Shown here: piece by piece, positions 10,314 to 20,176 of the stretch
Position numbering within the stretch: the first letter of the stretch is position 1
How the letters are laid out: the number at the start of each line of letters is the position of its first letter
Sequence record: SRR31156797_24930
DNA length: 33,175 bases
Strand: one strand, 5' to 3'
The notes under the pieces: model-generated
Told to the model about the DNA's origin: nothing
The model's input: the letters and a program-made list of their open reading frames with translations, nothing else
The model's database searches: none
Translations under genes and position numbers: made by a program

Positions 10314-11306
10314 ATGATGTTTAAGAAATCTGCCTTAAAATTAGCTGCTATCGCAACAGTTGTTGGTAGCGCACTGAGCTACTCTTCAATTGCTTCTGCT
10401 GCAACTGAGATCAAAGCCGCTTTCAACCAATCAGACAAGCACCCTCAATACCTTGCTCTTAAAGAGTTTGGTGAGAAGCTAAACCAAGAAACTGATGGTC
10501 GTTACAAACTGAACATTTTCCCTAACGAACTATTAGGCGACCAACGTGCAGCACTTGAGCTAGTACAAAATGGCGCGATTCAAATGGCGGTTGTTGCTAA
10601 CCCGCTAGTTGAAAACTACGACAAAACTTTCTCAGTAATCGGTATGCCTTACGTATACACAGGCCCTGAGCACCAAGAGAAAGTATTCACTTCTGGCGTA
10701 CTAGATGACCTATTTTCTTCAACTCAGAAGTTTGGTTTCGAAGTACTGACTGCTTACACTGCTGGTGCACGTAGCATGTACACTAAAGGCGGCGCAGTAA
10801 ACTCAGTTGCTGATATGAAAGGTCAAAAAATCCGTGTAATGCAATCTGACACTATGATCAAGATGCTTTCTTGCATGGGTGGTACTGGTGTACCAATGAG
10901 CCAAGGTGAAGTTTACACTGCAGTACAACAAGGCGTTCTTGATGGTGCTGAAAACAACGAGATCACTTACGCTGACCTTAAGCAATATGAAGTTGCTCCA
11001 TACTTCTCTGCTACTCGTCACTTAATGGTTCCTGACCTAGTAGTAGCAAGCAGCTACTTCCTATCAACTATGTCTAAAGAAGACCAAGCTACTTTCAAAA
11101 AGCTAGCGAAAGAGAGCACAGTTAACGAATTCGCTATCTGGAACTCTCAAATCGAAACAGCGAAGAAAACTGCAATGGATAAAGGCGCAACATTCGTAGA
11201 AGTTGACATCAAACCATTCCAGGAAGCATGTAGCGGTCTACAGAAAGACCTAGTTAAATCTCCAGAGCAAAAAGCGTTATTTGAGAAAGTTGTAGCTCTA
11301 CAATAA
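10314..11306 (+). CDS. dctP: TRAP transporter substrate-binding protein (DctP family, sugar-acid type)
   Basis: Signal peptide; IFPN-x-x-LG, G-x-RSMY, KG-x-KIRVM and EVYTAVQQGVLDGAENN motifs. Confidence 0.92.
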   Translation: MMFKKSALKLAAIATVVGSALSYSSIASAATEIKAAFNQSDKHPQYLALKEFGEKLNQETDGRYKLNIFPNELLGDQRAALELVQNGAIQMAVVANPLVENYDKTFSVIGMPYVYTGPEHQEKVFTSGVLDDLFSSTQKFGFEVLTAYTAGARSMYTKGGAVNSVADMKGQKIRVMQSDTMIKMLSCMGGTGVPMSQGEVYTAVQQGVLDGAENNEITYADLKQYEVAPYFSATRHLMVPDLVVASSYFLSTMSKEDQATFKKLAKESTVNEFAIWNSQIETAKKTAMDKGATFVEVDIKPFQEACSGLQKDLVKSPEQKALFEKVVALQ

Positions 11307-11322
11307 TCCCAAACTATGTGAT

Positions 11323-11342
11323 GGCCGAGCTGTTGCTCGGCC
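11323..11342 (+). other. Intercistronic stem-loop between dctP and dctQ
   Basis: GGCCGAGC-TGTT-GCTCGGCC 8-bp GC-rich stem with no U tail. Confidence 0.6.
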
Positions 11343-11386
11343 TAATTAGCCTTAAATCGGCCTTAGCCATAAAAAGGTAAGAAGTT

Positions 11387-11914
11387 ATGTTAGACCATTC
11401 TCCAAGTGGCTTATTTGGATTTGTCTCCACCGCTAAACGCTGGTTGGATAAACTCGTTTCCTGGTTCTGTATTTCACTTATCTCGTTGATGACCATTCTT
11501 GTGACTTATCAAGTTATTGTTCGTTACGTATTCAACGATCCGAGCGCAGTGAGTGAAGTTCTATCCCGTTATCTATTTATCTGGTTGGTGCTATTTGGTA
11601 GTGCTTATGTGTTCGGTATGAAAGAGCATATGGCTATTCTGTTTATTAAAGAGAAATTCTCCCAAAAAGCACAAATCATTGTCGAAGCCTTTACTGAGCT
11701 TGCTATTGTTACGTTTGCTTTATCTATCATGATTTTTGGTGGTTACAGCAGTGCGACACGCCAGATGTGGCAGTTAGACTCAGCGCTTCAAATCCCAATG
11801 GGAACAATTTACGCAGCCATTCCAATCAGTGGTGCGTTAATGGTGTTTTATTTTATTCATAACGAGTTGCAGCTAGTTGAACGCTGGAAGCAATTACGTT
11901 CGTCGGCAGAGTAG
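11387..11914 (+). CDS. dctQ: TRAP transporter small permease
   Basis: Four hydrophobic segments; QVIVRYVFN-x-P...SE-x-LSRYLFIW...H motif; lies between dctP and dctM. Confidence 0.9.
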   Translation: MLDHSPSGLFGFVSTAKRWLDKLVSWFCISLISLMTILVTYQVIVRYVFNDPSAVSEVLSRYLFIWLVLFGSAYVFGMKEHMAILFIKEKFSQKAQIIVEAFTELAIVTFALSIMIFGGYSSATRQMWQLDSALQIPMGTIYAAIPISGALMVFYFIHNELQLVERWKQLRSSAE

Positions 11915-11923
11915 GAGTTAGTC

Positions 11924-13231
11924 ATGGACTTAGCATTAACAGCTGCCCTGATTATGTTTGCTGGTGTGGTGTTTTTCTTAGTAATCGGCGCACCAATCGC
12001 AATCGCTGTAGGTATTTCATCCTTCGGTGCAATGATGGTTATTTTGCCAGGACAGGGTGCAATGGTCACTTCTGCACAACGTATATTCGTTGGCCTGGAT
12101 TCATTCGCACTGTTGGCCATTCCGTTCTTTATTCTTGCTGGTAATATAATGAATAACGGCGGTATAGCGATACGGTTAATTAACTTTTCTAAAATCGTAA
12201 GTGGTTTCTTCCCGGGTTCTCTTGCTCAAACTAATGTTGTTTCGAACATGCTTTTCGGTTCAATCAGTGGTTCTGGCGTTGCATCTGCGGCAGCAATCGG
12301 CGGTATTATGTCTCCGATTCAGGAAAAAGAAGGTTACGACAAACGCTTTAGTACTGCGGTTAACATTGCCTCTGCACCGACAGGCATGTTGATTCCACCA
12401 AGTAACACTCTGATTGTTTACGCAACGGTAGCAGGTAGTGTTTCTATCTCTGCATTGTTCATGGGTGGTTACATTCCTGGTATCCTTTGGGGACTAGGTG
12501 TTATGACAGTTGCAGGTATTATGGCGAAGCGCCGTGGATACATTGCAAAAAACCGCATGACACTAAAAGAGTGTATGCAAGTGACCGTTGACGCTCTACC
12601 AAGCTTATCTCTAATCATCGTGGTAATCGGTGGTATCTTGGGTGGTGTGTTTACAGCAACTGAAGCTTCGGCAATTGCAGTCGTTTACTCACTATTATTG
12701 AGTGCAATGTATCGTTCTTTGGATTTCACTAAGTTACCGGACATTTTACTACAATCGGCAAAAATGACGGCAATTGTTATCTTTATGCTGGCAACGTCGT
12801 CAATCATGTCTTGGGTGATGGCGTTCACGCAAATTCCAGGGATGATTGCAGACTTCCTGTTAGGACTGACTGATAACCCAATTATCATTCTATTGATTAT
12901 TAACGTTATCTTGTTGTTTGTGGGTACCTTTATGGACCCAACACCAGCAGTACTAATCTTCACACCTATCTTCCTGCCAATTTGTATGGGCTTAGGTATG
13001 GATCCAGTACAGTTCGGTATCCTATTAGTATTTAACTTGTCGCTCGGTACAATAACACCTCCGGTTGGGCCAATACTCTTCACTGGCTGTAAGGTGAGTG
13101 GTATCAGTATTGATTCTGTGATTAAGACGCTACTACCATTCTTCGTCGTGATCTTTGGTGTTCTGATGTTGGTAACTTACATCCCAGCAATCTCAATGAC
13201 ACTTCCTGAGTTAATGGGTCTGATTAAATAA
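11924..13231 (+). CDS. dctM: TRAP transporter large permease
   Basis: LLAIPFFILAG-x-IM-x-x-GG, FGSISGS, LIPPS, FTATEAS and ITPPVG motifs. Confidence 0.93.
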   Translation: MDLALTAALIMFAGVVFFLVIGAPIAIAVGISSFGAMMVILPGQGAMVTSAQRIFVGLDSFALLAIPFFILAGNIMNNGGIAIRLINFSKIVSGFFPGSLAQTNVVSNMLFGSISGSGVASAAAIGGIMSPIQEKEGYDKRFSTAVNIASAPTGMLIPPSNTLIVYATVAGSVSISALFMGGYIPGILWGLGVMTVAGIMAKRRGYIAKNRMTLKECMQVTVDALPSLSLIIVVIGGILGGVFTATEASAIAVVYSLLLSAMYRSLDFTKLPDILLQSAKMTAIVIFMLATSSIMSWVMAFTQIPGMIADFLLGLTDNPIIILLIINVILLFVGTFMDPTPAVLIFTPIFLPICMGLGMDPVQFGILLVFNLSLGTITPPVGPILFTGCKVSGISIDSVIKTLLPFFVVIFGVLMLVTYIPAISMTLPELMGLIK

Positions 13232-13248
13232 GGCTATATTCAGGTAAA

Positions 13249-13281
13249 GAAACAACCTCAGCCATGTCTGGGGTTGTTTTC
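13249..13281 (+). terminator. Rho-independent terminator after dctM
   Basis: AAACAACCTCAG-loop-CTGGGGTTGTTTT hairpin with a T tract. Confidence 0.75.
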
Positions 13282-13433
13282 ATTTGGCCAGAGTGAAATG
13301 AAATTAGGGCATGTTAAGTCTAATTATCTGAACTTATACCAATGCCATTTTCAAAATAGCGGGCATTGGTATGAGACAACCAAACTTCATTTCGAGTATT
13401 ATCGGCTCGTTTTGATGGAAATGTATTGAGTAA

Positions 13434-14207
13434 ATGGTAATGGAATCAGTCAAAAAAACTGAATATAGAGCGCCGGCGTTGGAGAAGGGATTAGACATTC
13501 TCGAACTGCTTGCACAACAAGATGAACCTTTGAGCAAAAAACAAATTGCTGAGAGCCTGGACAGAAGCATCAACGAGATTTTTCGTATGCTTTCGGTGCT
13601 GGTCGAAAAACAGTACATTGAGTTCGATAGCTACACATCGACCTACGCACTTACGCTGAAAATGTTCGCTTTGTCCAATCAGCACCCACCCATTGCTCAG
13701 CTGTTGAAGCTTGCCACGCCATTAATGGAAGATATCTGTAAACGAGTGAATCAATCTTGTCATTTATCGACTTACCGCAATGGTGAAATGCGCGTTATCG
13801 CTCGTCATGAAAGCCCGTATAAAATGGGTTTCAGCCTTCGTTTGGGTTCTCAAATTGATATCTGCTCTTCAGGTTCCGGTATCGTTTTTCTGAGTTTCTT
13901 AAGTGATGAAAAACGTCAGGCGGTATTGGAAAAAATAGATGCGACGCCTGAAGAAATTGCCCACGCTATGAGTCATGTAGAGGAAACCAGAGCTCGTGGT
14001 TATTATGTGGGTGAGAGTCCACAGATCATGGGTGTCACTAACATCAGTGTGCCAATTTTGGGCGTGTTAGGCGATGTGCTTGCGACGTTGACTATCCCGT
14101 ATATGACCTTGAATAAAAATACGGTTCACCATCATATTGAAGACATTGAAAACACGAAATGTGATTTAATTGAACTCGCTGAGAAGTTGAATCAGAACTT
14201 ATCATAA
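13434..14207 (+). CDS. IclR-family transcriptional regulator
   Basis: YRAPALEKGLDILELL winged-helix start; C-terminal R-x-RGY...G-x-x-x-ISVPI effector domain. Start could be 13440. Confidence 0.9.
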   Translation: MVMESVKKTEYRAPALEKGLDILELLAQQDEPLSKKQIAESLDRSINEIFRMLSVLVEKQYIEFDSYTSTYALTLKMFALSNQHPPIAQLLKLATPLMEDICKRVNQSCHLSTYRNGEMRVIARHESPYKMGFSLRLGSQIDICSSGSGIVFLSFLSDEKRQAVLEKIDATPEEIAHAMSHVEETRARGYYVGESPQIMGVTNISVPILGVLGDVLATLTIPYMTLNKNTVHHHIEDIENTKCDLIELAEKLNQNLS

Positions 14208-14229
14208 CTCGTCATTCGATTGGGTATGG

Positions 14230-14268
14230 TATAGAAACAGAATCCGAAGTTCGGATTTTGTTTCTATA
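14230..14268. terminator. Bidirectional terminator between convergent IclR and LysR genes
   Basis: TATAGAAACAGAATCCGAA-G-TTCGGATTTTGTTTCTATA near-perfect inverted repeat. Confidence 0.8.
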
Positions 14269-14314
14269 TTACGTATCTGCAAACGAATAACGTTGCATCA
14301 TATCCAATTTACGA

Positions 14315-15202
14315 TTACTTACAGACTTCAATAAACCACTCCACAAACGACATGACGCCTTTTGAGGCATCTTTTCTTTTGCAAATATTATAAAATTTGT
14401 CGGAATTGGTTGCGATATCAAACAGAGCGACCAAATCTCCCCGTTTTATTTCTTCACGAAATGCGCCTATCGGGCAGAGGGCTACACCATGTCCGGCAAT
14501 CGCGGATATAACCAATAAGTTAAAATCGGCGTATGTGTTTCCCGGCAACCCATCTTCAATATTAACGCCTGCCAGCTTAAACCATTCTGTCCAGCCTTCT
14601 TTATTTTCATCATGAATGACTTCGGTATGCAGCAGGTCGACGGGAGCATTAAACGGACCATTTTCCTGCAAAAATATCGGACTGCATACAGCGTAGGTGT
14701 CTCTTGAAATAAACGGGATTTCAACTACATCGCTGGATTTCTGGTCTATATAAGTAATCAATACGTCGTAGTTGCTTCCGGCAAGCTGATCGCGCATATC
14801 TGCGTATAACACCTGCACTTCTACATCAGGATATAAACTGGTAAAGCTCTTCAGGTTTGGAACCAGCCAGCGTGTCGCAATCGAAGGAATACAGCCGACC
14901 ACAAGTGAACTTTTTCGGTCTCTAAGTTTAAAGTCTGTGGCGATATTCGCGAGTTCATCAAACACTTGTTCAGTTCGGTGACTCAGCTCACGACCTGTTT
15001 GCGTCAATTTTACGTTTCTGCCTTTCTTTTTAAAGAGTTCTATACCAAACCATTGCTCCAGATTAGATATCTGATGACTAATGGCGGTGCTTGTGACATG
15101 GAGCTCCTCTGCGGCTTGTGAATAGCTTTCATATTTGGCTGCACTATTAAATGCTTTTAAGGCGTTCAATGGAGGGGTTAAAGTGCCGTTTTTATTTTTC
15201 AT
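14315..15202 (-). CDS. LysR-family regulator, GcvA/TrpI/AmpR subgroup
   Basis: PPLNALKAF...S-x-x-x-AAEELHVT-x-x-AISHQI-x-x-LE HTH; PSIA-x-RWL-x-P and A-x-x-G-x-GVAL motifs. Start placed at 15202 (MKNKNG); the ORF track extends to 15244. Confidence 0.9.
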   Translation of the reverse strand: MKNKNGTLTPPLNALKAFNSAAKYESYSQAAEELHVTSTAISHQISNLEQWFGIELFKKKGRNVKLTQTGRELSHRTEQVFDELANIATDFKLRDRKSSLVVGCIPSIATRWLVPNLKSFTSLYPDVEVQVLYADMRDQLAGSNYDVLITYIDQKSSDVVEIPFISRDTYAVCSPIFLQENGPFNAPVDLLHTEVIHDENKEGWTEWFKLAGVNIEDGLPGNTYADFNLLVISAIAGHGVALCPIGAFREEIKRGDLVALFDIATNSDKFYNICKRKDASKGVMSFVEWFIEVCK

Positions 15203-15338
15203 AATAGTTAAGTTTTTCTCATCATTTAGTCTAGATTTGATCATTTGTTGTGCTTAAGAGCAAGTGATAGCATCATTTTTCGTTAAGTAGGTTGCCAATA
15301 TGTATACGATTGGTGAATTAATTTCATAAGGAATGATT

Positions 15339-15725
15339 ATGTTTGTAAGAAGCTTAAATGATGTAGCGAATAGTGACTATTTTGTGGATTGGGGCAATGG
15401 TACTAGTCATCGCTTACTTACAGAAAAAGACGGAATGGGTTTTACGGTTTGCCACACCGTTGTGACACAGGGTTCTGAGTCTGTGCTGGAATACAAGAAT
15501 CATCTTGAGGCTTGTTACTGCATTGCTGGCAACGGCGAAGTAGAAGATATGGAAGGCAACGTTTACAAAATTACTCAGGGTGATATCTACGTCTTAGATA
15601 AAAACGACAAGCATTACCTGAGAGCATCTGATAGCTGTGATATGGTTTTGGTGTCCGTTTTCAATCCACCACTTCATGGTACAGAAAGACACAATCTATC
15701 TGGTGATGGGTCTTCAAGCTACTAA
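15339..15725 (+). CDS. ectC: Solitary ectoine synthase-like cupin (EctC family)
   Basis: RLL-x-x-x-DGMGF, Y[17 protein letters not shown], Y-x-LD-x-x-D-x-H-x-LRA and VFNPPL-x-G-x-E-x-H motifs; Glu/Tyr/His metal ligands present. AAGGA RBS fits ATG 15339. Confidence 0.88.
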   Translation: MFVRSLNDVANSDYFVDWGNGTSHRLLTEKDGMGFTVCHTVVTQGSESVLEYKNHLEACYCIAGNGEVEDMEGNVYKITQGDIYVLDKNDKHYLRASDSCDMVLVSVFNPPLHGTERHNLSGDGSSSY

Positions 15726-15763
15726 TTAACCCCCTTGAAATTATTAACTGCATTCAGGGAGGA

Positions 15764-17215
15764 ATGTTTATGGGTTACACATATACAGCTTTTATTTTCT
15801 ATTTAGTAGGAATGCTGGCGATTGGTTACTATTTCTACAGAAAGACGAATACTTTATCAGACTATATTCTGGGCTCTCGTAATCTGCCACCGAGTGTGGC
15901 AGCTTTAAGCGCCGGTGCTTCTGACCTGAGCGGTTGGGCTTTAATGGGGTTACCCGGAGCGCTTTATGCAGGAGGTCTGGGATCTATCTGGATTATTCTG
16001 TTTACGCTGACGGGTGTGTACATTAACTGGAAATTTATTGCACCAAAACTTCGTATTGCGACAGAGGAGCTCAACGATGCTCAGACTATCCCTGAGTATC
16101 TGCATAATCGCTTTGACGACAAAACAAACACTTTACAGCTCACATCGGCACTAGTCACGCTATTGTTCTTTACCCTTTACGTGGCTGCAGGCTTAAGTGG
16201 TGGTGCTGTTTTATTTGAAAGCACTTTTGGCTTAAGTTACGACTCAGCATTAATCATTGGTTCCATCGTGATTGTTTCTTATACCTTTATGGGGGGATAT
16301 CTTGCGGTTTGCTGGACGGATTTCTTCCAGGGACTGATGATGGCGCTGTCGCTATTTGTCACTGCTTTGAGTCTATTTTTTATCTTCAACGCGCCAGAAC
16401 ATGAATTGGTATACCGCGAGATAGTCGGCAAATTCTCGTTTGCAAGCCTGCAACCTTCTGATGGTTGGTTTTTAGGACTATTGTCCCTGAGTGGCTGGTG
16501 TATTGGTTATATCGGACAGCCTCACGTACTTGTACGCTTTATGAGTGTACGAAGTGTTGAAGATATTAAGGTTTCTCGCCGTATTGCTATGGTATGGTCA
16601 ACGATAACCATGATGTCAGCTGTCGTTGTCGGGATACTTGGTTCATACTATTTTGAACCTAAGCTTGATAATCCGGAAACGGTCTTTATTGCTTTAGCTC
16701 AGGCTTTCTATCATCCACTGGTTGCTGGTTTAATTATCGCAGGTGTGCTTGCGGCAATTATGAGTACTATCGATTCACAACTATTAGTGTGTTCAACAAC
16801 CATCTCTGAAGATCTTTACAAAACATACTTACGTAAAACAGCATCAGACAAAGAGATACTATTAGTTGCCCGTTTAGGTGTTGTGGCCGTAGCGCTTATT
16901 GGCCTGATGTTAGCTTTCAACAAAGCGGATAAAACGCTGCTAAGCATGGTTGCTTTTGCGTGGGGTGGATTTGGTGCCGCATTCGGTCCGGTTATTCTGA
17001 TGAGTCTATTTTGGTCTGCGATGACAAAATCTGCTGCTATCTTCGGAATGGTTACTGGTGCTGCCGTAGCGTTGATTTGGGAAGTTCTGGAAGGTGGTAT
17101 ATTTGATTTATTTGGTGTCGTACCCGGGTTTATCTTCTCAACCATAGTGATCATTGTGTGCACTTTGTTGTCGTCATCAAAGGCTCAAAGTGAAGAAAAG
17201 CTGTCTGTATCTTAA
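15764..17215 (+). CDS. Na+/solute symporter (SSS family, PutP/OpuE-like)
   Basis: LSAGASDLSGWALMGLPG, GGYLAVCWTDFFQG, GQPH-x-L-x-RFM, LAAIMSTIDSQLL and AWGGFGAAFGP motifs. Start may be 15770. Confidence 0.9.
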   Translation: MFMGYTYTAFIFYLVGMLAIGYYFYRKTNTLSDYILGSRNLPPSVAALSAGASDLSGWALMGLPGALYAGGLGSIWIILFTLTGVYINWKFIAPKLRIATEELNDAQTIPEYLHNRFDDKTNTLQLTSALVTLLFFTLYVAAGLSGGAVLFESTFGLSYDSALIIGSIVIVSYTFMGGYLAVCWTDFFQGLMMALSLFVTALSLFFIFNAPEHELVYREIVGKFSFASLQPSDGWFLGLLSLSGWCIGYIGQPHVLVRFMSVRSVEDIKVSRRIAMVWSTITMMSAVVVGILGSYYFEPKLDNPETVFIALAQAFYHPLVAGLIIAGVLAAIMSTIDSQLLVCSTTISEDLYKTYLRKTASDKEILLVARLGVVAVALIGLMLAFNKADKTLLSMVAFAWGGFGAAFGPVILMSLFWSAMTKSAAIFGMVTGAAVALIWEVLEGGIFDLFGVVPGFIFSTIVIIVCTLLSSSKAQSEEKLSVS

Positions 17216-17238
17216 GCATTCAATGGTGATTATATGAT

Positions 17239-17269
17239 AAAACCGATACCTCTGCGGGGTATCGGTTTT
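17239..17269. terminator. Bidirectional terminator between the symporter and hcr
   Basis: AAAACCGATACCTC-TGC-GGGGTATCGGTTTT. Confidence 0.82.
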
Positions 17270-17283
17270 CTGTTTAATCATGA

Positions 17284-18336
17284 TTAATTTAGAGAGACCA
17301 TGATATCTGAATCAATTTTGCAAGAACAAGCTAAAACGAAACCGTCTTCTATCTCCTGCTGTGTCAACGTTTCGATGCTGGTTCGTGTGAACTCACCTTG
17401 AGTCACTTTGCACTTACACGACCCACATATTCCACTTCGACAAGCCGCTATCACCGGAACTTTTGCACTTTCTAATGCATCAATCAGTAGTCCACCTTTG
17501 GAGATTTGGGCCTGTGCACCGAATGATGGAACGAAAACGGTAGCCTGTGCTAATGCTTCTGCTTTTGTTTCAGCACTCACTTCAGGTTGGCTGGATTGCG
17601 CTGGAGTAAAACTTTCCTGATAGAACAAGGTCATATCCATTCCAAGACCATGCAGGTTCTCTTGCATCGCTTCCATAAAACCCACAGGCCCGCATAAGAA
17701 GGCACTGCGCTGAGCAATATCAGGACAGAAATTAGCTAGTACGGCCTGAGTTAGACGTCCTTCTAAATAATCTGTTCCGGTTGATTCTTCTAAAGCGATA
17801 TCCAGCTTGAAGCGTGGGTATTTCTTTGCCAGCTCCACTAATTCTGAATGATAGATTAGCTGTTGAGCACAGGTGGCAGCGTGAATGAAATGGATATCGG
17901 TTTGATCATCCTTGCTGGATAGTAAGGTTCTAACCATAGACATTACTGGTGTAATTCCACAACCAGCACTGAGCAGTAATATTTTGTCTGTATGGGGTTG
18001 TTGAAGGTGAAATTGTCCCGCAGGAGGTAAAACATCCAGAATTTGACCCACTTGTAGATGGTCGTTGAGGTAATTTGATACTTTTCCATCAGTAACCCGC
18101 TTAATGGTCAACTGAAGTTCCGTTTGACCGGGTACGGAGCTTAGCGAATACGCTCGATATTCCATATTGCCATCAATTTCGACACCTAACGTAATAAATT
18201 GACCGGGAATGAAGTCGAATGTCTGGTGAGGTAGTTTGCTGGCTAAGGTAAAGCTAATACAGTCAGGTGTTTCTTGCCATTTACCGGTACACACTAACTG
18301 CGCGGCCGCTTGAGTCGGCCATTGAAAATATTCCAT
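17284..18336 (-). CDS. hcr: NADH oxidoreductase partner of hybrid cluster protein
   Basis: PGQF, RAYSLSS, G-x-VSN-x-L, AGCGITP and CGP-x-GFM FNR-type motifs; C-terminal 2Fe-2S CRSGICGSC...LAC; directly downstream of hcp. Confidence 0.92.
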   Translation of the reverse strand: MEYFQWPTQAAAQLVCTGKWQETPDCISFTLASKLPHQTFDFIPGQFITLGVEIDGNMEYRAYSLSSVPGQTELQLTIKRVTDGKVSNYLNDHLQVGQILDVLPPAGQFHLQQPHTDKILLLSAGCGITPVMSMVRTLLSSKDDQTDIHFIHAATCAQQLIYHSELVELAKKYPRFKLDIALEESTGTDYLEGRLTQAVLANFCPDIAQRSAFLCGPVGFMEAMQENLHGLGMDMTLFYQESFTPAQSSQPEVSAETKAEALAQATVFVPSFGAQAQISKGGLLIDALESAKVPVIAACRSGICGSCKCKVTQGEFTRTSIETLTQQEIEDGFVLACSCKIDSDIMVSLN

Positions 18337-18354
18337 AGTATCCTCGTCAAGATA

Positions 18355-18378
18355 ACTGGTGGAGCGAGCTCCACCAGT
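18355..18378 (-). other. Intercistronic hairpin between hcp and hcr
   Basis: ACTGGTGGAGC-GA-GCTCCACCAGT perfect 11-bp inverted repeat. Confidence 0.65.
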
Positions 18379-18401
18379 AAACTAGGTCAATAAGCTTTGA
18401 A

Positions 18402-20075
18402 TTAAGCTGCGTTCTTTTCAGATAAGATTTGCTGTAAATCTTGTTCAACGGTTGAGATTGCTCGTAAGTCGAATTTATCCTGAATGATCGCCATGAGGTT
18501 ATCGGTAAGGAATGCCGGTTGAGTAGGGCCGGTATATATCCCTTTGACGCCTAGTGCTATTAGTGTCAGTAGAACAACAATCGCTTTTTGTTCAAACCAT
18601 GACAAGACGAGTGTTAGTGGGAGATCGTTGACGCCACAATCGAACTCATCGGCAAGCGCTAAGGCAAGCTGAATCGCTGAGTAGGAGTCGTTACATTGGC
18701 CAACATCGAGCAGACGAGGAATACCATTGATTTCACCATGTTGCTCTTTATTAAAGCGGAACTTACCGCAAGCCAAAGTCAGTATCAGACTGTCTTCGGG
18801 AGTTTGTTTAGTAAATTCGTTATAGTAATTACGTTCTGCTTTATCACCGTCACAGCCCCCGACAAGGAAGAAGTGGTTGATATTGCCTTGTTTTATTTGA
18901 TCAATGACAGCGGGAGCCGCTTCCATTAAAGCGTTACGCCCGAAACCAACCGTGATCATTTGTTCAATTTCATCGTGCTGGAAACCGTCTTGAGCCAATG
19001 CACATTCTATAACATCAGAAAAATCATCGCCTTCCAGATGTGCAACCCCTGGCCAACCTACAATGCTACGGGTAAATAATCGATCTGCGTATTGACCAAC
19101 TTCAGGATTAAGCAGGCAGTTAGATGTCATGACAATGGCACCAGGGAAGTTGGTAAACTCTTTTTGCTGGTTTTGCCATGCGCTGCCGTAGTTACCCGCT
19201 AGGTGAGGGTACTTATTTAATTCCGGGTAGCCATGAGCAGGTAACATCTCTCCGTTTGTATAGACATTGATACCTTGGCCCTCGGTTTGCTGAAGGATTT
19301 TTTCTAAGTCGTGTAAGTCATGACCAGAGACAAGGATGCATTTGCCTTTCTTTGTTTTTACATTGACTTGTGTTGGCACTGGGTGACCAAAGGTTTCGGT
19401 TTCACCTTTGTCCAGCATCGCCATAATTTTGTAGTTCATTAAGCCAATTTGCATTGAACAATTTAAGAGCTCGTTCAAGTCTTGTGGCTCAGTACCCAAC
19501 CAAGACATGATTTGATGATATTCCGAGTGAACTTCCACATCGCTTTGCCCCAGAACTCGTGCATGTTCCAGATAAGCTGCTGCGCCTTTTAATCCGTACA
19601 AGCAAAGTAAGCGTAGACCCATCACATCAGGATTCACTGTTTCATGGCCGCGGTTAACCGCAGCAAGAGGAGCGAACTTCAATAAAGATTCACGATCTGT
19701 TGGCAGCTCAAACTGAGCAGCTGGTGAAAGGGCTGGAATAGCAGTATTAGCTAAGGTAGCAGCGGCTCTCACTTGTTGTTCCAAGCGTTGCTTGTAATGG
19801 TAGGCTTGATTTGCAAATTCGATAATTCGTTTCTCATCGAAGTTTACATTGGTTAAGGTTGCAAAAAAGGCTTTTGGTGCCCATTCATCAATTTCGTTAT
19901 CAAGGATTTGGTATTGACGACCTAGGTTAGCCCAGAAAGACACGCCTTGCAGCGTATACACTAATATATCTTGAAGATCCGAAACATCACTTGTTTTGCC
20001 GCACATACCTTGAGAATACGCGCATCCTTTTGCTACAGGGGTTTGAATAGTTTGTTCACATTGAATACAGAACAT
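18402..20075 (-). CDS. hcp: Hybrid cluster protein (hydroxylamine/NO reductase), class II
   Basis: MFCIQCEQT-...-GC-...-GMCGK start; SGHDL, GEMLPAH-x-YP, MTSNC, GGCDG, ACGK, GQCND and WFEQKA motifs. TGGAG RBS fits ATG 20075. Confidence 0.96.
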   Translation of the reverse strand: MFCIQCEQTIQTPVAKGCAYSQGMCGKTSDVSDLQDILVYTLQGVSFWANLGRQYQILDNEIDEWAPKAFFATLTNVNFDEKRIIEFANQAYHYKQRLEQQVRAAATLANTAIPALSPAAQFELPTDRESLLKFAPLAAVNRGHETVNPDVMGLRLLCLYGLKGAAAYLEHARVLGQSDVEVHSEYHQIMSWLGTEPQDLNELLNCSMQIGLMNYKIMAMLDKGETETFGHPVPTQVNVKTKKGKCILVSGHDLHDLEKILQQTEGQGINVYTNGEMLPAHGYPELNKYPHLAGNYGSAWQNQQKEFTNFPGAIVMTSNCLLNPEVGQYADRLFTRSIVGWPGVAHLEGDDFSDVIECALAQDGFQHDEIEQMITVGFGRNALMEAAPAVIDQIKQGNINHFFLVGGCDGDKAERNYYNEFTKQTPEDSLILTLACGKFRFNKEQHGEINGIPRLLDVGQCNDSYSAIQLALALADEFDCGVNDLPLTLVLSWFEQKAIVVLLTLIALGVKGIYTGPTQPAFLTDNLMAIIQDKFDLRAISTVEQDLQQILSEKNAA

Positions 20076-20155
20076 AATTGGGCTCCAGTGATAAATATAG
20101 TAGCAGTCCGCCAACCTTGAAGGGCTTGGCAGCCTATAAAATTCATCACTGATAT

Positions 20156-20172
20156 AGCAGAGAATATGCCAA
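20156..20172 (-). promoter_or_regulatory. Sigma54 -24/-12 promoter of hcp-hcr
   Basis: Minus strand TTGGCATATTCTCTGCT: GG-N10-GC spacing is exact. Confidence 0.78.
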
Positions 20173-20176
20173 TTTA

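Noticed and set aside
20076-20114. 13-aa N-terminal extension of Hcp in the ORF track
   Set aside because: Hcp proteins begin MFC-x-QC, and the RBS fits ATG 20075.
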